DNA of 64,000 nt from Planctomycetota bacterium (GTDB lineage Bacteria; Planctomycetota; UBA1135; UBA2386): positions 1,120,001 to 1,184,000 of the forward strand of contig OZ245006.1 of NCBI GenBank assembly GCA_965223545.1, given 5' to 3'. A model generated the notes under the pieces. The model was given only the letters and a program-made list of their open reading frames with translations, had not been told where the DNA came from and ran no database searches. A program made the position numbers and the translations under genes. Positions 51,737 to 64,000 of the stretch are shown here, piece by piece. The number at the start of each line of letters is the position of its first letter. The first letter of the stretch is position 1.

Positions 51737-53233
51737 TCAGTCGCCGCCGCCCAGGCCGTGCAGGCCCTCGGGGCCGAAGAGGATCGTCGGGGTGATGTGG
51801 AACTCGAGCGTGGTCTTGCGGGTCTGCTCGGAGGTCGAGCGGAACAGGAAGCCGAGGATCGGAATGTCTCCGAGGATCGGGAACTTGGTCTCGGTCTGGA
51901 AGGTGCTCTCGCTGACCAGGCCGCCGATCACGGTGGTCTTGCCGTCGGACAAGTGCACCGAGGTCATCGCCTCGCGGCTGGCGATGATCGGCGTCGGCAC
52001 CGGGGACGTGTTGGCGAAGCTGTTGACCGCCGAGACACTGGCGAACACCTGGAGAATCACCGTCTCGGTGCCGGCGATCACCGGCCGGATGTTGAGGTTG
52101 ATGCCGACCGGCTTGAACACGATGCTCGCCGAGACGTTCTGCCCCGACGACGTGATCCGCGCCTGCGGATAGGGCAGGTCGGTGGTCAGGGTCACCGACG
52201 CCAACCCGCCGTTGCGCACGGTCAGGCGCGGGTTGCTGACGACGTCCGCCGCGCCACGCGATTCGAGCACCTGCAGCTGGGCATCGAGTTGCCAGCTGTC
52301 GTGGATGCCCCCGAGCGAGAACAGGCCGCGGCCCTCGCTCGAGCCCGCGCCCACCACCGGCGGCGCCAACGGAAACCGCGAGATCAAGCTCTCGATCAGC
52401 TTGCCGGTCGAGGTGTTGGTCAGGGTCGGGCCGGAGATCGGCTGGCCCTTGTCGTCGCGGAACTGGTCGATGCCGATGCCGAAGAAGCTGTCGCTCGAGT
52501 ACTCGACGACCTTCACGTCGATCTCGATCTGCGGAACGTTGGAGAAGAACAGGTTGAGGGCGGCCTCGAACGCGCGCAGACCGGCAGGCGCCGCGGTCAC
52601 CAGAATCAAGCTGTTGCCCGGCCAAGTCTGCGGCACGACCGCGGTCTGGTTGACCTGGGCACGGATGTCGACGGCCTCGGGGTGCTCGAATCCGTCGAGG
52701 AACAAGAACTCGACCACGTGCTCCCCCAGCTGGCGGCCGAGGATGCTCTGCCCCGCGTGTCCGCCGCCGGCCAGGAAACGCTGCTTGCGCGGCGCTTGGT
52801 CCTGCTGCGGCTCGGTCAGCAAATTGAGCAAGACCTCGCCGGAGCGCTCGGCGATGAAGTACTGCTTGGCCACGCGCCCGTCGGCCCGCACCGAGATGTG
52901 GGAGCCGAACTCGGCGCGGAGCCGGGCGGCTTCGGTGTCCTGCCCAACGCCGTCCTGGGCGCCACCGGGCTCGGGCCACGCCGCCTCGACCGGCACCGGC
53001 CAAGCCGCCGCCACCGCGTCGACGTCGCCCGGCGCGGCGCCGGCGAGCGCCTGGCTCTGCGGATCGACGGTCGCCCGCACGCGGTAGCCCGCGCTGACTG
53101 GCTCGACCGGCACCACTTGGCAGGCTGCCAGCACGCAGCCGCACAACAGCACTGCCAGGCGGTGAGGCACAGCCGCAGCGCGCGGCGCGCCAATTCGGCG
53201 TTCGGGCCCTGCCTGCGCGTCAGGTACCGACAT
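51737..53233 (-). CDS. Short secretin (type II/III secretion GspD family), lipoprotein
   Basis: Lipobox LAAC, NSLILV, PQIEIDVKVVE, SNPRL, TVIGGL and PILGDIPILGFLFRS. Confidence 0.88.
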   Translation of the reverse strand: MSVPDAQAGPERRIGAPRAAAVPHRLAVLLCGCVLAACQVVPVEPVSAGYRVRATVDPQSQALAGAAPGDVDAVAAAWPVPVEAAWPEPGGAQDGVGQDTEAARLRAEFGSHISVRADGRVAKQYFIAERSGEVLLNLLTEPQQDQAPRKQRFLAGGGHAGQSILGRQLGEHVVEFLFLDGFEHPEAVDIRAQVNQTAVVPQTWPGNSLILVTAAPAGLRAFEAALNLFFSNVPQIEIDVKVVEYSSDSFFGIGIDQFRDDKGQPISGPTLTNTSTGKLIESLISRFPLAPPVVGAGSSEGRGLFSLGGIHDSWQLDAQLQVLESRGAADVVSNPRLTVRNGGLASVTLTTDLPYPQARITSSGQNVSASIVFKPVGINLNIRPVIAGTETVILQVFASVSAVNSFANTSPVPTPIIASREAMTSVHLSDGKTTVIGGLVSESTFQTETKFPILGDIPILGFLFRSTSEQTRKTTLEFHITPTILFGPEGLHGLGGGD

Positions 53234-54692
53234 AGCTCCGCGGGCCTTGCACGATGCGAGGCGTGATGTGGAAATCGAGCGTGGTGCGCGACTGCGTCGT
53301 CGAGGTCGAGCGAAACAGATAGCCGAGGATCGGGATGTCGCCGAGGATCGGCACCTGTGCGGTCTGCTCGAACTCCTGGGTACTGACCAGTCCGCCGATC
53401 ACCGTGGTCTTGCCGCTGGCGACGTGTACCGACGTCACCACCTCGCGGTTGGACACGATCGGCGTGTTGACCGGCTGCGTGCTGGCAAAGCTCGTCACCA
53501 CCGAGATGTTGGCGTAGATCTGCAGGATCACCGTCTGCGTGCCGGCGATCACCGGCCGGATGTTGAGCGTCACGCCGACCGGCCGGAACTTGATGTTCGA
53601 GGTCACGTTCTGGCCGGAGGACGAGATGCTGGCGTCCGGGTACGGGAACTCGGTCCGGGTCACGATCGACGCCAAGCCGCCATTGCGCACCGCCAGCCGG
53701 GGGTTGCTGATGATGTCGGCCTCGCCCTGCGCCTCCAGCGCCTGCAGGTTGGCGGTCAGCTGCCAGCTGTCGTGGATACCGCCGAGCGCGACGATGCCGC
53801 GGTCGGCGATGCTGGCACTGCCGACCAGGGGCGCCGCCAGCGGGAACTGCGCCACGATCTCCTGCACCAGCTTGTTGTCGGACAGGTTGGTGAGGGTCGG
53901 TCCCGGCGGCACGGTGCTCACCGCCGGTGAGATGCCGAACGCGAGCGTGTCGCTGGTGCTGTACTCGACGACCCGCACCTCGATCTCGATCTGCGGAATG
54001 CTGCCGAAGAAAAGGTCGAGCGCGTCCTCGAACGCGACCAAACCCGCTTCGGGCGCGGAGACCACGAGGAGGCTGTTGGGCGTGCCGTCCTGCTGCTTCT
54101 CGGGCGCGCCGCTGATCGGCACGTTCTTGGCGGGGTTCGGTCCGCGAATCTGCACGCTGCGCGGCTTCTCGAAGTCGCGGACGAAGAAGATGTCCACCCG
54201 CTGCTCGCCCAACATCTCGGCGAGCACGCAGTCCGCCGCCTCGCCACCGCCGACCGCGACCGGGCCGTAGGTCGCCGGCAGCTTCTCGTGCTCCGGAGTC
54301 GCCAGGTGCTCCGCCGGCGGCCGCAGCAAGTTGAGCAGCATGCGACTGGTCTCGCCGGTGACGAAGTACTGCTTGGTGATGGTGCCGTCGGGAGCGATCA
54401 ACACCGAGGGTCCGAACTTGGCGCGCAGCGCGCTCGCGCGCAGTGGCCCGGTCCGGGCCGGATCCTGCGGACCGCGGTCAGTGGATTGCGCCGGCGGCAC
54501 CGCCGCCGGCGCCTCCCCCCAAACGCGCTCGGCGAGGCCGTGCACGGCGGGCACCGGCGCGTCGACGGTCGCCTCGACGTGATGCCGCAACGCCGGAGCG
54601 GGCGAGACGGTACACCCCGGGTGCAGGCACACACCCAGTGCCACCGCCGTCGGCCATCGACCGCGCCACACCCCGCCCATGGTGCGACCCAT
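53220..54692 (-). CDS. Short secretin (GspD family), paralog of the downstream gene, putative lipoprotein
   Basis: LHPGC lipobox-like motif, NSLLVV, PQIEIEVRVVE, SNPRL and PILGDIPILGYLFRS. Confidence 0.88.
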   Translation of the reverse strand: MGRTMGGVWRGRWPTAVALGVCLHPGCTVSPAPALRHHVEATVDAPVPAVHGLAERVWGEAPAAVPPAQSTDRGPQDPARTGPLRASALRAKFGPSVLIAPDGTITKQYFVTGETSRMLLNLLRPPAEHLATPEHEKLPATYGPVAVGGGEAADCVLAEMLGEQRVDIFFVRDFEKPRSVQIRGPNPAKNVPISGAPEKQQDGTPNSLLVVSAPEAGLVAFEDALDLFFGSIPQIEIEVRVVEYSTSDTLAFGISPAVSTVPPGPTLTNLSDNKLVQEIVAQFPLAAPLVGSASIADRGIVALGGIHDSWQLTANLQALEAQGEADIISNPRLAVRNGGLASIVTRTEFPYPDASISSSGQNVTSNIKFRPVGVTLNIRPVIAGTQTVILQIYANISVVTSFASTQPVNTPIVSNREVVTSVHVASGKTTVIGGLVSTQEFEQTAQVPILGDIPILGYLFRSTSTTQSRTTLDFHITPRIVQGPRSYVGT

Positions 54693-54704
54693 TGGCCGAC
54701 GATG

Positions 54705-55112
54705 TTAGGGCGTGCCGTCGTCGGACTCCAGCTGCTCGACGACTGCCTCGGTCAAGTCCGCGACCTCCAGCCCGCGCGCATCCTTGATGTCGCCGTCGCG
54801 GACGACACAGTCGTGCCCCTCGGCCTCGGCCGCTGCCTTGCAGGCGCGCTGGATGCGCTTGTGCATCTTGGCGATCAGCAGCTCGTAGCGCGCGGATCCG
54901 CGCCGCACCCCGTCGGACTTGATGGTGTCGTACTCCGGTGTCTCCTTCTCCACCTTGTCCATCTCGATGGTCGCCGGCCGCGACGTGTTGGACGCCGAGC
55001 CGTGCAGGACCACGGCACCGCTCTTGGTGCCCACCCCCTGCGCGGGAGCGAGGGCGCAGACCAGCGCCAGGGCCATGCCGATCGACACGATTCGAAAAGT
55101 GGGAGCTAACAT
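54705..55112 (-). CDS. Small exported OmpH/Skp-like protein with a shortened coiled-coil
   Basis: Signal peptide ending APAQ; C-terminal I-x3-CK-x-x-A-x3-G-x-D-x-V...DLTEAVVEQL resembles the Skp core. Confidence 0.6.
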   Translation of the reverse strand: MLAPTFRIVSIGMALALVCALAPAQGVGTKSGAVVLHGSASNTSRPATIEMDKVEKETPEYDTIKSDGVRRGSARYELLIAKMHKRIQRACKAAAEAEGHDCVVRDGDIKDARGLEVADLTEAVVEQLESDDGTP

Positions 55113-55200
55113 GGCGGTCGCTTGGGTTGTCTGGGAGCGGGGGTGAATCCCATCGGACACAGCTGAGCGTCAACAGCATCCGGCGAGGGGCAGAAAACCA

Positions 55201-55216
55201 GGCAAGATCAGTGCCT
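55201..55216 (-). promoter_or_regulatory. Sigma-54 (-24/-12) promoter for the skp-like/secretin/secretin/gspK operon
   Basis: The minus strand reads AGGCACTGATCTTGCC, i.e. GG-N10-GC matching TGGCAC-N5-TTGC, about 90 nt upstream of ATG 55112. Confidence 0.8.
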
Positions 55217-55333
55217 CGAGATTCCGCCAATCCCGACCGAACGATGGAACATCTTCCTTAGGAAGGAGTTCTGACTTCCGGCGCGTCTCTGACTTTTTTC
55301 GGTGGCGCATTTCTCGGTGCAGCGGGATCGCGA

Positions 55334-55364
55334 ATTCCGCCACAATCCGCCACGATTCCGCCAC
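55334..55364. promoter_or_regulatory. Three phased direct repeats, AWTCCGCCAC; candidate enhancer (UAS)
   Basis: ATTCCGCCAC at 55334, AATCCGCCAC at 55344 and ATTCCGCCAC at 55355, about 120-150 nt upstream of the -24 box. A fourth near-copy, ATTCCGCCAA, is at 55221. Confidence 0.55.
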
Positions 55365-55420
55365 CCGCGACTGTCGCGGTGCGATCGGTTCTTGGTTGCG
55401 GCCCCGGCCGCGCTGAGGTT

Positions 55421-58400
55421 TCAGGCTCCGCGCTGTGCACGGAGACGATAGCGCGCGCCGCGGCGGCGACCGACGCGCTCGAGGTCGCCGCGCGCCACGA
55501 GGCCGGCCAGGTCGCGCACGGCGGTCCGCGCGCTGACGCCGGAGAGCTGCATGTACTCGGCGCTGGTCAGCTCACCGCGGCTGCGCACCCACTCGAGTGC
55601 CATGGCGCGCCGCCCCTCGATCCCTGGCCCCGGAGTGGGAGCAGCAGGCTCCGCCGGCTCCTCCGACCCCGCCCCGGTCCGCGGCTCGGCGAGGTCTTGG
55701 CGGCCGGGCGGTCGCAGAGACCGCGACCCCTTCACTGGCGTTCCCTTCACCGACGATCCCGCGGCGGTCGCCCCGAGCGGCGACGGTGCGGGGTCTGCAG
55801 ACCGCCGCGCGTCGACGCGGCGCGCCTCCGGAGACGCAGCGGGCGCTTCCCCGTCCAGCACCCCGAGCAGATCTTCGCGACGGACCTGCGGACCGGTCGC
55901 GAGCACCATCGCGCGCAACACCGTGTTGCGCAGCTCGCGGACGTTGCCCGGCCAATCGTGCTGGAACAGCTCGTCGAGGGCGTCGGGATGGAACTCGGCG
56001 GCACTGGTGTAGCCCGCGCGCACCCCCTCGGCGTGGAACCGCGCCACCAGGTCGGGAATCTCCTGCTTGCGCGCGCGCAGAGGCGGCACGGTGATCACCA
56101 TGCCCTGCAAGCGGTAGTAGAGGTCCTCGCGAAAGCGCCCCTCGGCGACCAGCCGCCGCATGTCGCGGTTGGTCGCGGCGATCACGCGCACGTCGACCGG
56201 CACCGGCTCGAGCCCGCCGACGCGGTCGATCTCGCGCTCCTGCAGGACCCGCAGCAGCTTGACCTGCGTCTGCAGCGAGATCTCGCCGATCTCGTCGAGG
56301 AACACCGTGCCGCCGTCGGCGAGCTCGAACTTGCCCACCTTGGCCGCGGTCGCCCCGGTGAACGCGCCCTTCTCGTGGCCGAACAGCTCGGACTGCAGCA
56401 GACTCTCCGACAGCGCCGCGCAGTGCACCTTGACCAGTGGGCCTGCGGCGCGGCGGCTCATGCGGTGGATCAGCTCGGTGAGGACCTCCTTGCCGGTGCC
56501 GGTCTCGCCTTCCAAGAGCACGGTCAGATCGGTCGGCGCCACGCGCTGCAGGGTGCGCAGCACCGCCTGCATGGCCGGGCTGCGGAACACCACGCCGTGG
56601 CTCTCGAGCTCGGCGACGGCCCGCGGCGCCGCCTCCTCGTCGCTCGGCAGCACCGGGCTGCGCATCGCGTCGAACAAGAACTCGGCGCTGGCGGCGGTCT
56701 CGGGGAAGGCGGCCGCCGCGGTGTCGAAACGCAACCGGCCGCTGCCCTCGAACCCACTCGCGGCCAAGCGTTCGAGCTCTTCGCCGATCCGCGCGCGACA
56801 GCGCTCGGCCTCGGCGGCACCGGTGTCGGGCAGACCCGCCCAGAACTCCGCGTCGGCGGCCCGACCGAGCAGCGCCCCGGCCGGCAGTGCGCGCCGCAGC
56901 ACGGAGGCGACGTGCTCGAGCAACCGGCTGAAGCGGCGCGCCCCCAAGCTCTCGGCGAGGCGCCCGCCTTCGGACAGTGCGACCCCGACCAGCGCCACCG
57001 AGCCCCCCGATTCCCGCGCGCTGGACACCTGCTCCGCGATCCGCCGGCGAAAGTAGTCGGCGACGAACGCCCCGGTGTCGAGGTCTTCGACCGCGTGCCG
57101 ATACAGCCGCGCGTTCTCGAGCGCGACCGCTGCCTGGGCGGCGATCGTGGTCAGCAGCTCGAGGTGCACCGGCGGCGGCGTGTGTGCGTCGAACACCAAC
57201 ACCAGCGCCCCGCGACGGCGCGCGGCGAGCACCAAGGGCAGCACCAGGAGCGACCCCGCACCCGCCCAAAGGGCGTGCGGGGCGTCGCGGTCCAACACCA
57301 CACTGCACGGGCCGACCGCCGCCAGCACCGGCACCAGGTCCGGATCCTCGCGGTCGAGCTCGCCGTCGACCGCCCCGTAGCCCCGCACGGTGCCGCGGTC
57401 CGACTCGCGCAACACGGCGCACACGCGATCGGCATCGCTGTGCTGCGCGCAGAAACCGATCGCCCGGGTGACGATCTCGGCGGGGTCGAGCCGCTCGGTG
57501 ACGTCCTGGATCCCCCGGTTGAGGTGGCGGAGCTCCTGCATGCGGTCCTGCAGGTCATCTGCCATCAGGTTGAACGTGCGCGTCAACCGGCCGAGCTGCC
57601 CCCGCTCATCGCTCCGCACCCGCACGCCGAAGTCGCCGCGCCGCAGCGCCTGGGCGCCCCGTTCCAGCCGCTCGAGCGGCTTGGTGAGCCGCGCGGTGAT
57701 CACCGAAGCCAACAACACGGACAATGCCAGCAGCAGGCAGCCCACCGCGGCGAAGTACTCTCGCACCGGCACCGGCCCCAGGCGCAGCGGAAGCTCGGCT
57801 TGGCGATCCACGTCGACCACGCCCAACAGCGCGCGCGGCGTCTCCTCGAGGTCGCGCAGCACGTCGTAGACCGCCACCCAGGGCGCCGTGTCGGTCTCGT
57901 GTCGCGTGACCGTGGACTGGCCGTGATCGAGCGCCACCGCGAGCGCCTCGCGCCGGGCCTCCATCATCGCCGGCTGCACCGCGGTGTGCTCGAGTTGGCG
58001 CCGGCCCAGATCGGCGTCCGCCACCGCCAGCGGGTAGCCCCTGGTGTCGCAGAGCACGATGCCCCGGCCCGGCGCGAGGCCGCCGAGCAGGCCCTGGTCG
58101 AGGGGCCGCGCCACCGACAGCGAGCATCTGCCGCCGCCGGCCGCCTCGACCTCCCAACGCACGCCGAGCAGCGGGATCCCCCAGGTCACGTAGAACCCCG
58201 GCACCCGCCGCAGCGGGGTCTCCGCCGCGCGCAGGGCGGGATCACCGACGTAGGCGTGCACGCCGACCCCGTCCTCGGCGCTCACCAGCTCGAAGCGCAG
58301 GAAGCCGCCGTCCCACTCGGGCGGCTTCTGGCTGTCCATGATCGCCACCAGAGCATCGTGCAGGGCATCCCAGTCGACGGCGCCGTCCTCGCCGACCGGG

Positions 58401-61174
58401 GCGCCGGCCACCTCGGCGGCGAGCGGCTCGATCCACTGCCTGGCCGAGTCCAGCAGTTCGTTCTGCTCGTCCTGCAGCTGACGGGTCGCCGCCGACATCG
58501 CCTGCTGCATGGTGCCCTGTCGCTGCTCGTCGTGGCCACTCTCCAACACCGACACCAGGACCAGCGACAGGACGACGAGGGGCACGACCGTGCTGACGAT
58601 GAGCACGGCGATCAGCCGCGCGCGCAGGCTGCCGAGCACGCCGAGCAGATCGCCGAACAGCAACAGCAGCAATGGCGCTGACAGCAGGCACAGCACCGCT
58701 CCGAGGCGATGCACCCACCGCCGGTACTCGGTGTGGCCGGGATCGTCGAGGAACGCCGCCAGCACGGCGTCCGACCAGCCCTCGCCGACCAGCGGAAAAT
58801 AGGCCTCGTAGGCCCGCTCCGGCCCGGTGTCGACGGGCCGGAGCTCGAACGGTGTCGCTGCCAGGCGCCGCTCGAGCCCGCGCGGGAGGTTCATCGGCAC
58901 GCGCGCCACCGTGGTCTCTTGCAGCACACCGCCGCGGTAGATGGCGAACTCCGCTCCGCGCATCTGCTCCAGACGCCCGCGGGCCATCGCCACCGAACGG
59001 TTGTCCGCCGTGATCTCCAGCGGCGAATCAGGGGGCTCGACCCGCACCTGCGGCTTGGAGGCGCGGAACGTCGCCGAGCGAAAACGGATCGGGTAGCTCG
59101 CGGTGGTACTGCGCAGGCGAATCTCGCGCACCACCGCCGTGCTGTCGAGCTCGACCTCGTAGCCCAGCGTGATGCGCTGCTCCTGATCCTGGTCCTCCCA
59201 CCGCAACGCGACGCTGGCCGCCGCCGCGCTGGGCTCCGGGTCGATGTTGTGGGCCGCGAGCTCGAAGAACATCGACTCCTGGTGGGTGAAGGCGATGACC
59301 TTCGGCGGCACGGAGTCACCGGCAAAGTGCAGCTCGACCTCGCAGACCCGCTCCCCCACCAGCGGCAACGGCTTGTCGGCGCCGGGGAAGTCGGCGCGGT
59401 AGAACAGAAAGAGCCGCTCGAAGGACTGCGCGCGATCCCGCGCGATCGACAACACCCGCTCTTGACCCGGCGCGAGGAGCACGCCCGCGTCCTCGGGGTA
59501 CGGACCCCGCAAGCCGGTCTCCACGCCGCCCAACGAGGCCTGGCCCAGGTCGATCGCGCGCCCGACCGCGTCGCTCGCCGACGCCGTACTCAGCCCGACC
59601 AAGCCGACACCGTCGGCGCGCAGCGGAGTCAATCCCAGCGACTGCAGCGGCGCGGACAGCTCGAGGCGCACGGTGGTCATGTCGCGCTCGGGATGCCCCA
59701 GCGCAAACGCCGGAATCCACGGCCGACTGATCGGCAGCTCCTCGACGACCGGGTCCTCCTGGCCGGCGTACTGCAGCACGCAGCGCAGCGCCGCCGCCGA
59801 GTTGTCGACGCCGAAGGCCGGCGCCCACAGCACGACGTTGAGCACCGGCCCGCCCAGCGGCTCGCGGAACGCGATCCGCTCGAGCTCGTCGCCGCTCAGC
59901 GGCAGCCAGTACGGCCGCACCGGAAAGCCATCGACGGGGTAGTGGCGGACCGGCAACAGCTCCCCCGCGCCGACCAAGTCGGCGAGGGGCACGTGGGTCA
60001 CCACCTGCTTGCGCGGCACGGACTCGCCCGACAGCAGCCGCAGCAGCGGAGCATCGCGCTCGCCGCCTCGGTAGCTGCCGAGCGTTCCCTGCTCCATCGC
60101 CGGCAGCGCGGCGCGCACCCGCTCGGTCACCAAGCGCAGCTCGGTCTGCCGCGACAGCTCGCGCCCGTGCGTGAGCGCCGCGGGCAGCAGCAAGCCCAAC
60201 AACAGCAACAGACCGCCCGCGACCCGACACCAGCGGCCGAGCGCCGGCCGGCCGCGCACCGCGCGCCGCCCGACCCAGAGAACCACGACCGCGACGACGA
60301 CGGCGAGCAGCGCCCACGCCGCGCGCAGGAAGACGACGGTCCAGGTCGACCACCAGCTCGGCCGACTCTGGCCTGCGGCGGTCAACGGGGGCGCACCCGC
60401 GAAGCGCAACAGGCGCAGCTGTCGCACGTCGTCGACCGGGTTGGTGCCGGTCCAGGTGATGTAGTTGTAGCGGTCCGGATCGTCGCAGTCGTCGACCGCC
60501 AGGTTGAAGGCCACGCGCTCCGTGCCGGGCTCGAAACCGGGCAGACTGTGGAACGGGATCGCGGCCTCGAAGTCGTAGCCGCGTCCCTGACGCTCCAACG
60601 CCGCCACCCGGACTCCGGTCAACGCCGCTCCGCCGTAGTGCGGTGCCTCGCCGACCGCGCCCGACCACGCCACCAGCCCCCACGGCCGGCTGGGGTTGAG
60701 TGGCATCAGGAAGATCTGCAGGTCGTCCGCGTTGAAGCGGTGGCCGGCCTCCTCGCCCGCGTCGTTGTCGGGGTCGACATCCAAGAACAGCTCGACCGCG
60801 TCCCCTTGGTGCCAGTAGGACGACTTGCGCTGTCGCACCAGCTGGTCGTCGCGCACGCTGCCGGCCACGTAGAGGTGCGCCGCGTCGTAGCTCAGCCAGA
60901 AGGTCGCCGACAGGTCCTCGGGGCCGCGCCACGCGCCACCGCGCGAGTGCGCCACCCGGTCGCCGGCAGCGAGCTCCATCTTCCACGCCGCCGACCACTC
61001 ACCGTCGGTCAGATCGCCGTCGATCTGGACCGCCGCCGACTGCCACGGCAATCCTTTGGGCGGGGCCTGTCGCGGACTCTGCGCCGCGCCCTGCGCCGCC
61101 GAGGGGACAGCCAGCCCCAGAGCGAGCAGAGCGCGGGCGGCGCACCGGAACCAGGGAGCGTAGAGTGGATTCAT
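55421..61174 (-). CDS. Membrane-bound sigma-54-dependent activator: CBM9-like / 5 TM / HAMP / GAF / degenerate GGDEF / AAA+ / wHTH
   Basis: CBM9/DOMON-like: IDGDL-x-[29 protein letters not shown]...[23 protein letters not shown]+: [55 protein letters not shown]. Confidence 0.9.
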   Translation of the reverse strand: MNPLYAPWFRCAARALLALGLAVPSAAQGAAQSPRQAPPKGLPWQSAAVQIDGDLTDGEWSAAWKMELAAGDRVAHSRGGAWRGPEDLSATFWLSYDAAHLYVAGSVRDDQLVRQRKSSYWHQGDAVELFLDVDPDNDAGEEAGHRFNADDLQIFLMPLNPSRPWGLVAWSGAVGEAPHYGGAALTGVRVAALERQGRGYDFEAAIPFHSLPGFEPGTERVAFNLAVDDCDDPDRYNYITWTGTNPVDDVRQLRLLRFAGAPPLTAAGQSRPSWWSTWTVVFLRAAWALLAVVVAVVVLWVGRRAVRGRPALGRWCRVAGGLLLLLGLLLPAALTHGRELSRQTELRLVTERVRAALPAMEQGTLGSYRGGERDAPLLRLLSGESVPRKQVVTHVPLADLVGAGELLPVRHYPVDGFPVRPYWLPLSGDELERIAFREPLGGPVLNVVLWAPAFGVDNSAAALRCVLQYAGQEDPVVEELPISRPWIPAFALGHPERDMTTVRLELSAPLQSLGLTPLRADGVGLVGLSTASASDAVGRAIDLGQASLGGVETGLRGPYPEDAGVLLAPGQERVLSIARDRAQSFERLFLFYRADFPGADKPLPLVGERVCEVELHFAGDSVPPKVIAFTHQESMFFELAAHNIDPEPSAAAASVALRWEDQDQEQRITLGYEVELDSTAVVREIRLRSTTASYPIRFRSATFRASKPQVRVEPPDSPLEITADNRSVAMARGRLEQMRGAEFAIYRGGVLQETTVARVPMNLPRGLERRLAATPFELRPVDTGPERAYEAYFPLVGEGWSDAVLAAFLDDPGHTEYRRWVHRLGAVLCLLSAPLLLLLFGDLLGVLGSLRARLIAVLIVSTVVPLVVLSLVLVSVLESGHDEQRQGTMQQAMSAATRQLQDEQNELLDSARQWIEPLAAEVAGAPVGEDGAVDWDALHDALVAIMDSQKPPEWDGGFLRFELVSAEDGVGVHAYVGDPALRAAETPLRRVPGFYVTWGIPLLGVRWEVEAAGGGRCSLSVARPLDQGLLGGLAPGRGIVLCDTRGYPLAVADADLGRRQLEHTAVQPAMMEARREALAVALDHGQSTVTRHETDTAPWVAVYDVLRDLEETPRALLGVVDVDRQAELPLRLGPVPVREYFAAVGCLLLALSVLLASVITARLTKPLERLERGAQALRRGDFGVRVRSDERGQLGRLTRTFNLMADDLQDRMQELRHLNRGIQDVTERLDPAEIVTRAIGFCAQHSDADRVCAVLRESDRGTVRGYGAVDGELDREDPDLVPVLAAVGPCSVVLDRDAPHALWAGAGSLLVLPLVLAARRRGALVLVFDAHTPPPVHLELLTTIAAQAAVALENARLYRHAVEDLDTGAFVADYFRRRIAEQVSSARESGGSVALVGVALSEGGRLAESLGARRFSRLLEHVASVLRRALPAGALLGRAADAEFWAGLPDTGAAEAERCRARIGEELERLAASGFEGSGRLRFDTAAAAFPETAASAEFLFDAMRSPVLPSDEEAAPRAVAELESHGVVFRSPAMQAVLRTLQRVAPTDLTVLLEGETGTGKEVLTELIHRMSRRAAGPLVKVHCAALSESLLQSELFGHEKGAFTGATAAKVGKFELADGGTVFLDEIGEISLQTQVKLLRVLQEREIDRVGGLEPVPVDVRVIAATNRDMRRLVAEGRFREDLYYRLQGMVITVPPLRARKQEIPDLVARFHAEGVRAGYTSAAEFHPDALDELFQHDWPGNVRELRNTVLRAMVLATGPQVRREDLLGVLDGEAPAASPEARRVDARRSADPAPSPLGATAAGSSVKGTPVKGSRSLRPPGRQDLAEPRTGAGSEEPAEPAAPTPGPGIEGRRAMALEWVRSRGELTSAEYMQLSGVSARTAVRDLAGLVARGDLERVGRRRGARYRLRAQRGA

Positions 61175-61263
61175 CGACTGCGTGCACCCGCGGCGGGCGG
61201 TCGGAGCCCCCCGGGCTGGACCACTGCGCGGGGTGCGCGCGGCTCCGAGCACGCATCATAGCG

Positions 61264-61294
61264 GCGGCCGCGGCGCGCGTCGCGCCGCGGCCGC
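61264..61294 (-). terminator. Perfect 14-bp GC-only hairpin just downstream of pnp (terminator or stabilising stem, no U-tract)
   Basis: GCGGCCGCGGCGCG-cgt-CGCGCCGCGGCCGC, about 20 nt after the pnp stop. Confidence 0.5.
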
Positions 61295-61313
61295 TCACCC
61301 GGTGCCGCGGCGC

Positions 61314-64000
<2,687 letters not shown>

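Noticed and set aside
50056..54692. Complete T2SS, T3SS or Tad locus
   Set aside because: No ATPase, inner-membrane platform or major pilin gene in the window; only secretins and GspK are present.
55334..55364. 10-nt repeats as a mini-CRISPR or iterons
   Set aside because: Too short, no spacers, and no cas or rep gene; the position fits an enhancer better.
56660..57110. Active diguanylate cyclase
   Set aside because: The GG(D/E)EF signature is replaced by ADAEF and the metal-binding Asp region is not evident.

Overview
GC-rich, gene-dense bacterial DNA. The many secreted proteins with '...AQ' signal peptides, HEAT/TPR lipoproteins and an FHA-GAF-PP2C protein suggest Planctomycetota; this assignment is inference only. 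About 46 CDS can be supported. Housekeeping genes: fda, rlmD, aqpZ, tsaD, larB, carA, pnp. Six peptidases: M11-like metzincin, S8, M14, S66, a frameshifted M1 and S41. Other loci: an Fe(III)-type ABC transporter translationally coupled to a 5-heme cytochrome c; a SWIM/SNF2 pair; an RsbW-STAS-MlaEFD-TPR-LdcA operon; and an amino-sugar/Wzx/GT2 cassette. The most striking locus is 50056-61174. A ~1900-aa membrane-embedded one-component sigma-54 activator (CBM9-like, 5 TM, HAMP, GAF, degenerate GGDEF, AAA+ GAFTGA, wHTH) lies directly upstream of a near-consensus sigma-54 -24/-12 promoter with phased upstream repeats. That promoter precedes a Skp-like protein, two tandem short liposecretins and GspK. 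Also notable are a (TC)15 tract that frameshifts the signal peptide of the metalloprotease (candidate phase variation, currently OFF) and a PNPase with a long Arg/Asp low-complexity tail. No rRNA, tRNA, CRISPR array or transposase was recognised. Domain calls come from motif recognition by eye, not database searches.
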